DNA of 64,000 nucleotides, taken from IMG/VR virus record IMGVR_UViG_3300047678_000102; one strand, given 5' to 3'. This document shows, in pieces, positions 18,211-27,850 of the stretch. The notes below the pieces were generated by a model. It was given only the letters and a program-made list of their open reading frames with translations, searched no databases and had not been told where the DNA came from. A program made the position numbers and the translations under genes. Position 1 is the stretch's first letter. The number at the start of each line of letters is the position of its first letter. Origin of the DNA: an uncultured virus (IMG/VR IMGVR_UViG_3300047678_000102) (taxonomy: Duplodnaviria; Heunggongvirae; Uroviricota; Caudoviricetes).

Positions 18211-18510
18211 TCAGTAATCGTCATACATCTCTTGAGGACGAGGAATTAAGAAACCCGTTATACACTCCATATCTTCGATGATCCTAATCTTTTTACCTAT
18301 TGCTTTCCCAAGGCAATCTATGTTTATTCCTCTTTTACCAATCAAAGCCCCAGGTCTTCCGGTAACAATAGTTATAATGTCTTCACACACATCAATTCTT
18401 GAGATGTATAATCTCAAGATCTCATCTTCAGCAGCACAATAGTTACCATTGTTCTTTTGGAGATAGTATTCTCCAATTTCTCGTGCCACTTGTCTTTCTT
18501 CCGATGTCAT
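18211..18510 (-). CDS. KH-domain (type II, ribosomal S3-like) RNA-binding protein
   Basis: ITIVTGRPGALIGKRGINID, GxxG loop. Confidence 0.7.
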   Translation of the reverse strand: MTSEERQVAREIGEYYLQKNNGNYCAAEDEILRLYISRIDVCEDIITIVTGRPGALIGKRGINIDCLGKAIGKKIRIIEDMECITGFLIPRPQEMYDDY

Positions 18511-18511
18511 T

Positions 18512-19072
18512 TTACAATTCCCGGATTGGTACAAACTTACCATTGTTCTTGATGACGTTATTCATGATAGCTTTGAGTCGGTGTTCGTACATTTCTTGTG
18601 TAGCCAAATCAAATCCGGCTTCTTCACGTGTCAATCCCCACCCACCTTCAAATGCACTTTCCATTTTGTCAAGATCAGAAAAATTGAAAATATCCTTCAT
18701 ATGATTGGTCATATCCCAAGAATAGCTTCTCAGAACTTGACCTACCTTCATCTTATCAAACAGTCGCACAGAAGATAGAAAAACACTGCCGATTGCGCAA
18801 ACCTGACACTTTTCCGCAATTTTGTCAATTTGCTTTTGGGCATCCCAGTTTAGCATATTCTTTGGGAAGGCATCGACAATATGTGTATATTTATACTCCT
18901 CATCATTTTTTAGTTCTAGATATGCTCCACCCATAGCGGTCAGAGTCTTTAGCTTGAGTTGTAGTAGCACATCTTTTGCTACCAAGACTGCCCTTTCTTC
19001 CATCGTCATTGCATCAAGTTCCTTCTTGGTATACTTCTTCGGGGCAGTCTTGTCGGAAGTGTTCTTGCTCAT
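18512..19072 (-). CDS. CxxCAxG family hypothetical protein (paralog 2)
   Basis: RAVLVAKDVL..CQVCAIG..MESAFE..AIMNNVIKNNGKFVP. Confidence 0.75.
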   Translation of the reverse strand: MSKNTSDKTAPKKYTKKELDAMTMEERAVLVAKDVLLQLKLKTLTAMGGAYLELKNDEEYKYTHIVDAFPKNMLNWDAQKQIDKIAEKCQVCAIGSVFLSSVRLFDKMKVGQVLRSYSWDMTNHMKDIFNFSDLDKMESAFEGGWGLTREEAGFDLATQEMYEHRLKAIMNNVIKNNGKFVPIREL

Positions 19073-19345
19073 GGTTTATTCTCCGTTGAGTTTCTTTTCT
19101 AGTTGCGACACACGATTTTCCAAAGACTTACTTCTTGATCAAGGAAGCATTGAACACGATTTCCGATCGGAAATAACGCCAATCCTTCACACTTGCCCGC
19201 TTCTGGTCCACGAAGTACTCGGCACATTCCCGAGTAACGAAAGGCTTCCGGGTGACCTGTGAGGTGCGGTAATTGCTGATAATGGCTTCCCACATAATTG
19301 AACTCCTTGGATTGAGGGGAACGTGACTAAAACCGCCGTTACAAG

Positions 19346-19374
19346 TTTGACGGTTTAGGTATTGGGAGGGCTCT
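19346..19374 (-). promoter_or_regulatory. Phage early promoter copy 9
   Basis: AGAGCC-N16-CGTCAAA. Confidence 0.85.
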
Positions 19375-20423
19375 TGGTAGGATTATCTCTTTCAATTGTG
19401 TTATCAATAGTGATCTCTGTTGGATCAACACAAATACATTCATCACAATCTAACTGAACCTCAATACACAATCCATGCGAATCATGATAAGCAGAACAGT
19501 ATCCAAAACCTTCTACTGGTTTACCATGATTGACTTTATCATATTCATTGCCGTTAGTGCCTTTGAAGTGAACGTAACGGCCAACGGCATTCATACATTG
19601 GTCATGTAGATCCATTGTTACCTCTGGGATTATCCGTCCCTCACCAAGACACTTTTCACAGTCTCTGTTATCTTTACCGCCGCTTGTGTATCTTGATCGT
19701 AGATCTGGATCAATACCAGAACCTTTACAATGGTGACACCAAATAGCCATTATTACCTCTGGGGTATGACAACACAAGTGTTCATTAAAAAATCAAATTC
19801 TACTGTAATATATTCACCATACCCTACCCATTTGGAGCATAGTTCTTTTAATTCTTTTATCTTATCTTCTTTCCAATATTTAGTCTCTTCTTTGTCTTTA
19901 TCTATGCAATATATCAATGCTTCACAATCAACCAGATCTTTGATACCAAACTCTAAAGCATCTGGACATTTGAATGTGGCCCGCATTTTCAACATTTCTT
20001 CTCCCAAGTAGCATCGCCAAGGTCCTGAAGGTCAAGATGGATCAAAGTAGCATCAATACCATCCGCTTTACCAATCCAATAATCTTCTGATCTACCATCC
20101 CTTTTGACATCACTATCAAATAGACGGTGGTAATCCCTCGCACGTTGAACGTAATAGATACTTCCCTTCAACCACCAGCGAATAAACCGAGTCATCATCC
20201 TTGTTCATTCTCCTTACGCTTTTGTTCCTTTTCATCAGCAGTACGTTGTGCTTCCAGTTTTGCTCGTTCAAAGCATTCTGGGCAAAGCATACTAAGTTCT
20301 TCACTCACACCAAATAGGTGATATCCACACACCGCATCTTCACACTCTTGGCATCTCCCTTCAGTGGCAAACTCACAAACAATACAGGCAGCAAGAGGTT
20401 TACGAGCCATTACACAAACTCCT

Positions 20424-20969
20424 TTATGGAACAAACTCACCGTTATTCTGAATAATATTTATCATGATTGCTTCAAGCTTATCACGTAGGGTTCGATACT
20501 CATTACCAAATAACACGGCTTTTTCCACCGAATCTCCATAACTCTCTTCTACGTCTTCATACATAAAAGTCACATCATGATTCTCAGATTCAAATGCAGA
20601 TTCAATCAAAAGAATCTGAACATCTGAAAATATGTTTTTCAGAATATTTCTAATCGTTTTGTTTTTAGGATTCAATCTTTCAAAGTAATCATCATATCCC
20701 ATTTCTTTGATTGTCACTTTGTTATACAATCTGACATAACTCAACACACATGCTCCAAGAGCACAAACTTGACAATCAGATTGAATCTTATCAACATATT
20801 TCTGAGCATTGTCATTTATTGTTTCGAGAGGCAAGTAAGATAACTGGGGAGAAAAGATGTATTCTCCTGATTTAACTTGAATGGTGTTGATTCGAGATAG
20901 AACGTCTTTGGCTACGTTCACTCGCATTTGAGCTCGTTCATCTAGAACCTGCTGATTCATTACTTGCAC
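20424..20969 (-). CDS. CxxCAxG family hypothetical protein (paralog 3)
   Basis: RVNVAKDVL..CQVCALGACVLSYVR..IESAFE..NIIQNNGEFVP. Confidence 0.75.
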   Translation of the reverse strand: MQVMNQQVLDERAQMRVNVAKDVLSRINTIQVKSGEYIFSPQLSYLPLETINDNAQKYVDKIQSDCQVCALGACVLSYVRLYNKVTIKEMGYDDYFERLNPKNKTIRNILKNIFSDVQILLIESAFESENHDVTFMYEDVEESYGDSVEKAVLFGNEYRTLRDKLEAIMINIIQNNGEFVP

Positions 20970-21265
20970 TCCTTTTGTCGAAGTTCTTCCAATTCAAAAA
21001 CGTCAATGTCATCACATGTATCTTCTTCGTACCAATCTACCCAAGAACCATTTTCAGAATCTGTATTGTCGGAGGAATCAAATACTTGCAATCCTCCGAT
21101 ATTACAATAATCAGGTTTGATACGATGTTCAAGTTGGAACAGGTCGTAATAAGCCAAAGTGTTGAGAATGAGCTTAGCTTCTATCAGGGTCTTGACAGAA
21201 ACATAAAATGGCTTACCAGGAACTTGTGGAATCCACCATACTCGAAGATCTCCATTTGAATCCAT
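20960..21265 (-). CDS. P22 gp17-like (superinfection exclusion-related) protein
   Basis: LRVWWIPQVPGKPFYV.V...EA...L..LA.YDLFQ....IKPDYCN.GGLQ. Confidence 0.75.
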   Translation of the reverse strand: MDSNGDLRVWWIPQVPGKPFYVSVKTLIEAKLILNTLAYYDLFQLEHRIKPDYCNIGGLQVFDSSDNTDSENGSWVDWYEEDTCDDIDVFELEELRQKECK

Positions 21266-21931
21266 TAAATGTATTCCTTTTTAGTTACGTTTGTGACGAG
21301 TGGTCAATCCTTCGAGATAATCAATAAGAGCTTGGGTTCTACGGGATCTTTCTTTGAGGAATTCGTCGAAGTTAAGGGATTCATCATAGTTATCATTCCA
21401 CCCTATAGCAGCATCCCATAGGTGGTCGTGTTCCTTATCTTTCTGAATGGCTCTTTCAGTACGGCGAACAAAAGTCCCCATACCCACGTACGTCGCATCA
21501 GGAGAATTAAACCGTCTTGCTTCAGAATTGTCTACCTCACTAACATTAGTCACAATACGTTCCACACCATCGATGAGATAAACGACACCTCCTCGTTCTC
21601 GATCATCAATATTTGAATACCAACAGTGAACTTTACGAGTTTGAAAAAGGTCGCGTAGATCTGTATCTGTCATTTGTATTCTCCAGTCAAAAAGGAATGC
21701 TGACGCCGGTTCCTTGCATCTTTTGACGCAACAATTTTTGCTCTCGTGTAAGAACCTTAACTGGTTCTACAATCTGACCTTCGAGCTGGGTGGTGTGTTT
21801 GCCGATACGGCGATTGAATTCGTAGAGACGGTTGTCCATTTGGGTTGCTAGAACGTCTACTAATCCCGGACCCTTCCATTTCCTTGATGTTGGCATCATC
21901 TACTTCCTTTAGGTTAAACTCCCGTTACAAG

Positions 21932-21960
21932 TTTGACGGTTAAGACAGTGAGAGGGCTTT
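21932..21960 (-). promoter_or_regulatory. Phage early promoter copy 10
   Basis: AAAGCC-N16-CGTCAAA. Confidence 0.85.
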
Positions 21961-22284
21961 TGAAAGATCATCTTTAAGTTCTCAGTTTATCCAATGAGGT
22001 TTCTATACTTTTCAAAGAACTGTTTGATAAACAGGTTAGTTGATTCTATTGTGGCAAAAGGACTAATTGGTAGGGTGGTTTTGAACACGTTCTTGAACTT
22101 CCTTTTGTCGTTGAAGGAACAACTGTTCCCGCCAATCACCAGGCAATTGAATCAAATTAGGGTATTCTGGATTTGCCTTGTTGATCTTTCGAGTACAATC
22201 AAGGCAATATAGTTCCCCAGTCATGGAATGAACATACACACCTTCTTCGTTACAACAAGATCTACGGCATTTCATAATTTTCCC

Positions 22285-22575
22285 CTACACATCCAGCGTT
22301 TCAGAAATTGCTTTCACTTCTTCATATGTATGACTGTCATTAAATACAATCATAGATGTGCCGTTATAGTGCTTCCGTATATAATCGTGAATCTTATCAA
22401 GGGTGTCATTCCATACAAGTTGGTCGTGTTTTCCATAACATTTCAATGCTGCGCCAAAAAAGCACCACTTACTAGCCTTTGGATCGCTAGGTTCAACTGA
22501 TTTTCCTTCGGGAGTCAAAGCTGCATTACCTTGACACCACTTAGATTTATCAGATAGAACTTCTCTAATCTTCAC
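22285..22575 (-). CDS. DUF6197-like protein (paralog)
   Basis: LSDKSKWCQG..KWCFFGA..FNDSHTYEEV. Confidence 0.65.
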   Translation of the reverse strand: MKIREVLSDKSKWCQGNAALTPEGKSVEPSDPKASKWCFFGAALKCYGKHDQLVWNDTLDKIHDYIRKHYNGTSMIVFNDSHTYEEVKAISETLDV

Positions 22576-22588
22576 TATTTAACTCCTG

Positions 22589-22891
22589 TTAGATATCAAG
22601 ATGATCAAGAACTTCTTTTACTTCTTCAAAACGATGACTATCATTGAACTGAGGAATGTTCATTTTGAACTTCTTCCAAAGATAATCCGAAAGCTTATTA
22701 CAACGATCCGAAGTGTCAGTATTGATATAATCCTCTATGGGACATGCAATATCTCCACCAGATAGGCACCAACAACAAGCGTTGGGATCATTGGGAGATA
22801 CTTGATCACCATTAGAATTTCTGGCATATACATGTTGGGTCCATTTAGATGCATCAGAAAAGAACTCGCGTAGTTTCATAGATATTCTCAT
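22589..22891 (-). CDS. DUF6197-like protein (tandem paralog)
   Basis: KWTQHVYAR..CCWCLSG..FNDSHRFEEV. Confidence 0.65.
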   Translation of the reverse strand: MRISMKLREFFSDASKWTQHVYARNSNGDQVSPNDPNACCWCLSGGDIACPIEDYINTDTSDRCNKLSDYLWKKFKMNIPQFNDSHRFEEVKEVLDHLDI

Positions 22892-22923
22892 AAGAGTGTA
22901 AATGAGACGCTTCCGCCTAATAA

Positions 22924-22952
22924 TTTGACGGTTTAAGTAGTGTTAAGGCTCT
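22924..22952 (-). promoter_or_regulatory. Phage early promoter copy 11
   Basis: AGAGCC-N16-CGTCAAA. Confidence 0.85.
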
Positions 22953-24682
22953 TGATTAGATCAGTTACCGGTAGGGTCTATAATCAGAAGGATCTTCTTG
23001 AGCAGATATGAAATTCACAGCGTCTTGACATGTTTCGAACAACTCTCGGTCAACTTCCCACCACATAAATGGGATTTTCTTTTCGATGTTTTGTTTTACT
23101 ATTGGATCATCAAGAACGTATAGACGACCACATAGTATCAATGCATGTTCAATATCTTCCATAGTTCTAACTGGATACTGATGCACTCCATCCTCTGCAC
23201 CATATTGGTACCAACCCTTGTCATCCAAACAAATCCAATATCCTTGAGTGGTTACTGCTATATAGTCTTTGTCTTTACCAGGATCACTGGTTTCAGGATT
23301 GCGTAGAAATTCAGTGGCAGATTTGAGATTATCGAACTCCCCAATTCTTGTAATAAACTTTTCAGTACTAGTGTCAAGAATATGTAGAGTAAGCATAATT
23401 ACACTCCAACGTATCTCTTGATGAAATTCAAAAGAAAATTAATGTCATGTTGAATCAAATATTGGTTTCTAAACATTTCTTGGGTAGGGTTATTCCATTG
23501 TTCTTTAATGAGTTTGTAACCTCCCATCATTTCACAATCTTTTTCTGCATCAGGATCTCTAAGAGCAAATTGCTTCATGCATAATTTGGTGAGATCCGCT
23601 ACATCAAGTTCCCTGATATCTTCTACAGTGGCAAATTCCCTACCACATTTCTCACAGGATTGTGCCATAAATCCTCCTGTAGTTTTCATAGTTGAGAGGC
23701 TTCTCTTGGATCATACTCGCAACAGCGGAACAAATAATTGCTTGTTGCGAAAGAGATAACTGACAATTCATGTCAAAGAACATATACTCATCTCTGTTAT
23801 TGTTCTCTTCAATAGTTCCAACATATTTATCACCAAAATACACTTGGTACTCACCAAATGGGCGATTGTTAGGTGCATCGTAAATAATGGTTACTTCCAC
23901 CTTCATGTCAGACTCCTTTTACTCCATAGATTCGTAGTTGTTATCTGCGAGCAGATTCTTCAAAGAAAGCCACTTCTTACCCAATGGCTTCCAGAAATCT
24001 AACTGCTTTTCTAACTCTTCAATTCTCTTTTCATTCCTCTCAATCATGCTATTACTGATATGGTAAGCTTGCTCGCTACACCCTTGCATAAGTACCATAC
24101 CAACTGCCAACTGAGTGGCTTTGGGATTATCTGGGAACGCTTTCATAGCATCTTCAAGAGTCAGTTTCTTTTCTTGCATTTTCAAAACCCCAATTGAGCA
24201 TTTGGCGTTCCTTCTCCTTATCCCTCCAAATATCAGCAATATTCATGATAAGGTTGTTAATCGTTACAACAAACTCTTCTGGAAAAATCTCATCCCTCAT
24301 TAGTAGACCACGGACATTTTGCAAATCTCTTTGAACTTCTTGAATCACACATAGATCTTGTGCCAAGTTAATGATTTTTGTATATCATTAGGTTTTTTCC
24401 ATCACACAATCTCCTTAGTAGACAATGTATCCTCTTCCCATATTATCTAGTCGAAAAGCTAGATCCTCTAGGAAGGCTTCAACTTCATCAGAAGTGCCAT
24501 TTTGAGTAAGTTGGAAAGTGGCCATACCAATGGCTTAGTAAAGATCAACTTGATGATCAAAGACAACACCAGTGGTCGTCTCACCATACATCCCACGACC
24601 ACTGTAATCTTCATGTATGGTCAATCCATCGTTATCTGCAGCGCACAGAGCTTGAGCAGTTTCAAGACGCATACGTATCTCC

Positions 24683-25210
24683 TTAGTTAGTGAGAAGGTA
24701 TTTCCGGTCCACTTCGTCCATCTGTAAAAGCCAACAACACCTTACGAAATTAGCATGAATTTCAAATCCATTATCAAGAAGCGAATCGTGAAGAGGATAT
24801 GCACACTCACTATCTGTTTCGAACGCAATAACAAGATCGTTTAATGAATTGGGAAACTCAATACCTTCAATCATACGTTCCCAAACAATCTTACGAACTG
24901 TTTCAAGATAAAATTTGGAATACTTGCTCCTAAGATATCGGTTGCCGTATTTAGATTTTGCTTCCCATTCCCGCGCACATTTTATCCGTGCCCAATTGTC
25001 CTGATTGATCCCGTCAGAACCAGTCCAATAATGACCTTCTGTTCTAGCAATTGATCCGCCTTTTTGGCGGTAGGATTCTATGATATGTCCAGAGAAGATA
25101 CAAGCATGCTTAGGATCCGCCCCATTTTCTACTGCCACATTGTAAGCAGTGATTAGAACTTCTTTTGTGGCATCTGTAAACTTCTTGATGTCCCAAATGT
25201 GGGTGGACAT
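24683..25210 (-). CDS. Hypothetical protein, paralog of 17191..17637
   Basis: Start re-placed at MSTHIW; C-terminal PLHDSLLDNGFEIHANFVR. Confidence 0.7.
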   Translation of the reverse strand: MSTHIWDIKKFTDATKEVLITAYNVAVENGADPKHACIFSGHIIESYRQKGGSIARTEGHYWTGSDGINQDNWARIKCAREWEAKSKYGNRYLRSKYSKFYLETVRKIVWERMIEGIEFPNSLNDLVIAFETDSECAYPLHDSLLDNGFEIHANFVRCCWLLQMDEVDRKYLLTN

Positions 25211-25258
25211 TAGAGTTCCTTTGGTAAAATTCGAACCCATACAACAGCAAAATAAAAG

Positions 25259-25345
25259 TAGCCACACTCGGATTCGAACCGAGACCCCCAATTACGGGGA
25301 CAGGATTTTAAATCCTGCGCGTATCACCAGTTTCGCCATGTGGCC
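25259..25345 (-). tRNA. tRNA-Leu(UAA)
   Basis: GGCCACA/TGTGGCT; CAGGA-TTTAAAA-TCCTG; long variable arm; TTCGAAT; no CCA. Confidence 0.9.
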
Positions 25346-25353
25346 ATAAACAG

Positions 25354-25438
25354 TGCTCCCGGTGGGGATCGAACCCACTTGTGGATTACTCCACGGTAGA
25401 TTAAAAGTCTACTGCCCATCCATTTAGGCGTCGAGAGC
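25354..25438 (-). tRNA. tRNA-Lys(UUU) with atypical long variable arm
   Basis: GCTCTCG/CGGGAGC; GTAGA-CTTTTAA-TCTAC; extra GTGGA-GTAA-TCCAC arm; GTGGG-TTCGATC-CCCAC. Confidence 0.8.
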
Positions 25439-25611
25439 AAATGTTATTAAAGTTTGTTTATTGTGACACCAAGTTTTTCAAGCCTTTTTCTTATTGATTC
25501 ATAATTAGCTCCTTTTGGAGAGAGGTTTATGGCGAACCAACGCGAGCTTTCGTTCTAAGCATCTCACACTCTCCTCGGTAGGAAGTTTGTAACCGCGCCG
25601 CCCGTTAATAA

Positions 25612-25640
25612 TTTGACGGTTAGGAGAGTGCCAGGGCTCG
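25612..25640 (-). promoter_or_regulatory. Phage early promoter copy 12 (drives tRNA pair)
   Basis: CGAGCC-N16-CGTCAAA variant. Confidence 0.8.
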
Positions 25641-26224
25641 TGATTTATTAAATCTAATCCAATTGAAAATTATAGGGGGGGTCTTTCAGTTACATTCATC
25701 CATTGAGAACTTTCTTCCAACCATTGTAAAAGACATTTTCTGTTACAGAAGTGGTTTACATATCTTGGAACACTTGCTCCGTCTTCCCATTGTGGTTCTG
25801 AAAACAACACTATCCTATCCCAATTACTACCTTTTTGGAGCTTGTTTAGGCATTGATCACAAGTGATAGTCACTTCTACTTTTCTTCCCATCAGTTAGAT
25901 CCCCTTTTAGTTAGACCATAATACTTCACTCTCTTGCCATATAGTAGTTTTCACTACTCTGAATAGATATTTTTCTTTCTTAATTGATTCTTTGTTTAGT
26001 AGATTATACAATTTCAATGCAATCTCTACATTAAACGTACCGTTTACTCCTGTCTCTTGCCAACACTTACCAGAAGCACTAAACTCATACCAAACATCTT
26101 TTTTAGAAACATAATATTCTGGTGATACCCAGGCAGAATCAAAGTTTATTTCATTCCATTCTTTTCTTTCTTTGTCTGCAAACTCAATAGTGAAGATCTC
26201 AAATCTACCATCATTAGGCAGCAT

Positions 26225-26977
26225 TTACTCACCCTTCATGATAAGATGAATGGATTCAAAATCTTTAGTAACAGAAGATAATAGTTCTGCAATAGATGGG
26301 GCTTTCTTGTAATAAATCTTCTTTGGCATGAAACTATCACCCTTATCTTTCTGTTTACTGATACACTGTGATGCAACACAAGCCTTTATATTTCCTATAG
26401 AAGTCTTGTATGCTCTGTAGGTATATCTTGTGGTTGGACTCTCCCAGATCTCTTCTTTACCCGTTTCAAGAATTCTCTTCTGACGTTCTTCACTAGCAAA
26501 TAATTGATAGTAGTATTCTGATTTGAATGCAAACTGCTTATCGTGACAGAGGTAGATATCCCATGATTGACCAGTCAGTGTCCATTCATCAATCTTACTA
26601 GATGGGGTAGAACTTCCAGTGAAGTAGTTAGGCACTAACTTTCCATAAACATCACTATACTTTCTTCGTCCAGCAAGATAGTCTTCTTCGCATAGATTCA
26701 TTGCCTCTTCAATATGAGGATGTTCACCATATCCATGTTGCTTACGTTTTTCATCATTGTCTTCAATTGAAACTACCCGTAAACCACCACCCGATCGAAA
26801 GCAATGAATGTGACGTGCACATTCTCCTCGTTCCATCAAACACTTAGTCAACCCTGGATACGTTCCAAACACCATTGGTTTTTCTACTGGTTGAACAGTG
26901 AATCCATCTTCCCTATCTCCAACAATCTCACTACCACTAATGATTTCACCAATATGTACCTTGGGTGTATCAGACAT
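26225..26977 (-). CDS. Hypothetical protein
   Basis: 250-aa ORF with AAGGA RBS. Confidence 0.7.
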   Translation of the reverse strand: MSDTPKVHIGEIISGSEIVGDREDGFTVQPVEKPMVFGTYPGLTKCLMERGECARHIHCFRSGGGLRVVSIEDNDEKRKQHGYGEHPHIEEAMNLCEEDYLAGRRKYSDVYGKLVPNYFTGSSTPSSKIDEWTLTGQSWDIYLCHDKQFAFKSEYYYQLFASEERQKRILETGKEEIWESPTTRYTYRAYKTSIGNIKACVASQCISKQKDKGDSFMPKKIYYKKAPSIAELLSSVTKDFESIHLIMKGE

Positions 26978-27013
26978 TTGATTAGTCCTTTTTGGTTAGG
27001 TTTGTATAGAGAT

Positions 27014-27098
27014 TGGGCAGTGGAGGATTTGAACCTCTCGGGTACCACCTGTCATATTATCCCACCAGATTTACAGTCTGGCGACAGGAACACCACCC
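27014..27098 (-). tRNA. Non-canonical tRNA-Tyr(GUA)-like RNA, rewired D-arm, 8/4 fold
   Basis: GGGTGGTG/CACTGCCC; CCTGTCG/TGACAGG helix around CCAGA-CTGTAAA-TCTGG; TGGTA after it; GAGG-TTCAAAT-CCTC. Confidence 0.75.
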
Positions 27099-27103
27099 AC
27101 AAG

Positions 27104-27790
27104 TTACTGCTTCTTCAGTAACTTGACACCAGGAGATTTCAGTTCTTTCAACACATCAAGAGCCAAATCTGCTGCCATTTCAAGATATTTATCACAACCA
27201 GTCGTTCCATATCCAGAGATCCTATGATGGTTTACTTGCAACCCTTCAATAAAATCTCTGGCCATACCAGAGAAGGAACCATGATCTATTTTAGAACGAT
27301 ATCCAACTAAATGACAAGCGATGTTATTGACCGTATCATTTTGATATTGTGAATTGTTATAGAGGCGTTTGATTGATTTGGCGTCTCCATTCTTCTCGCA
27401 CAAATCAACATCATCTTTGAATTTGTTTGGATAATAACACCGCATAAATTCTGGTAGCATTACTTGAACTAATTTCTTGAACATCCTTTTCATAAATTCA
27501 CGGCTATCTACAACACCCTTACTACCAAGTTGCGCCAACCCAAGATCATGCAGACCTTCTGATCTTGTGTATTCGGTTTTCCAATCCAAATCGTTCAGTG
27601 CGATTTTGAAAGCTCTTACAGAAGAAGTCACGCATTTAGGATCATCTCCATGTGGGAGACCAAGTGTCTCACAAATTGCTGCTTCGATACATACTTGTTC
27701 TCCTTGGTCTCCAACACCACTACAAAGACCACGACCAAGGATTTCTTCATACTTACGAAGATCAAACTTCTTCAAAACAAAAGCACTCAT
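27104..27790 (-). CDS. Hypothetical protein, paralog of 36915..37616
   Basis: RGLC.G.G..VCIEAAIC..LGLPH.DDP.CV..LGLAQLGSKGVVD. Confidence 0.75.
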   Translation of the reverse strand: MSAFVLKKFDLRKYEEILGRGLCSGVGDQGEQVCIEAAICETLGLPHGDDPKCVTSSVRAFKIALNDLDWKTEYTRSEGLHDLGLAQLGSKGVVDSREFMKRMFKKLVQVMLPEFMRCYYPNKFKDDVDLCEKNGDAKSIKRLYNNSQYQNDTVNNIACHLVGYRSKIDHGSFSGMARDFIEGLQVNHHRISGYGTTGCDKYLEMAADLALDVLKELKSPGVKLLKKQ

Positions 27791-27821
27791 TATTTCTCCT
27801 TTAGAATTTACCGCTTACAAG

Positions 27822-27850
27822 TTTGACGGTTTAAGTAGCTCTAAGGCTCT
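27822..27850 (-). promoter_or_regulatory. Phage early promoter copy 13
   Basis: AGAGCC-N16-CGTCAAA. Confidence 0.85.

Noticed and set aside
25222..25250. Extra tRNA suggested by GGGTTCGAAT on the - strand
   Set aside because: No T-stem partner, acceptor or anticodon arm; at most a remnant
25211..25291. N-terminal extension of ORF 24683..25291
   Set aside because: Overlaps tRNA-Leu; paralog alignment places the start at MSTHIW (25210)
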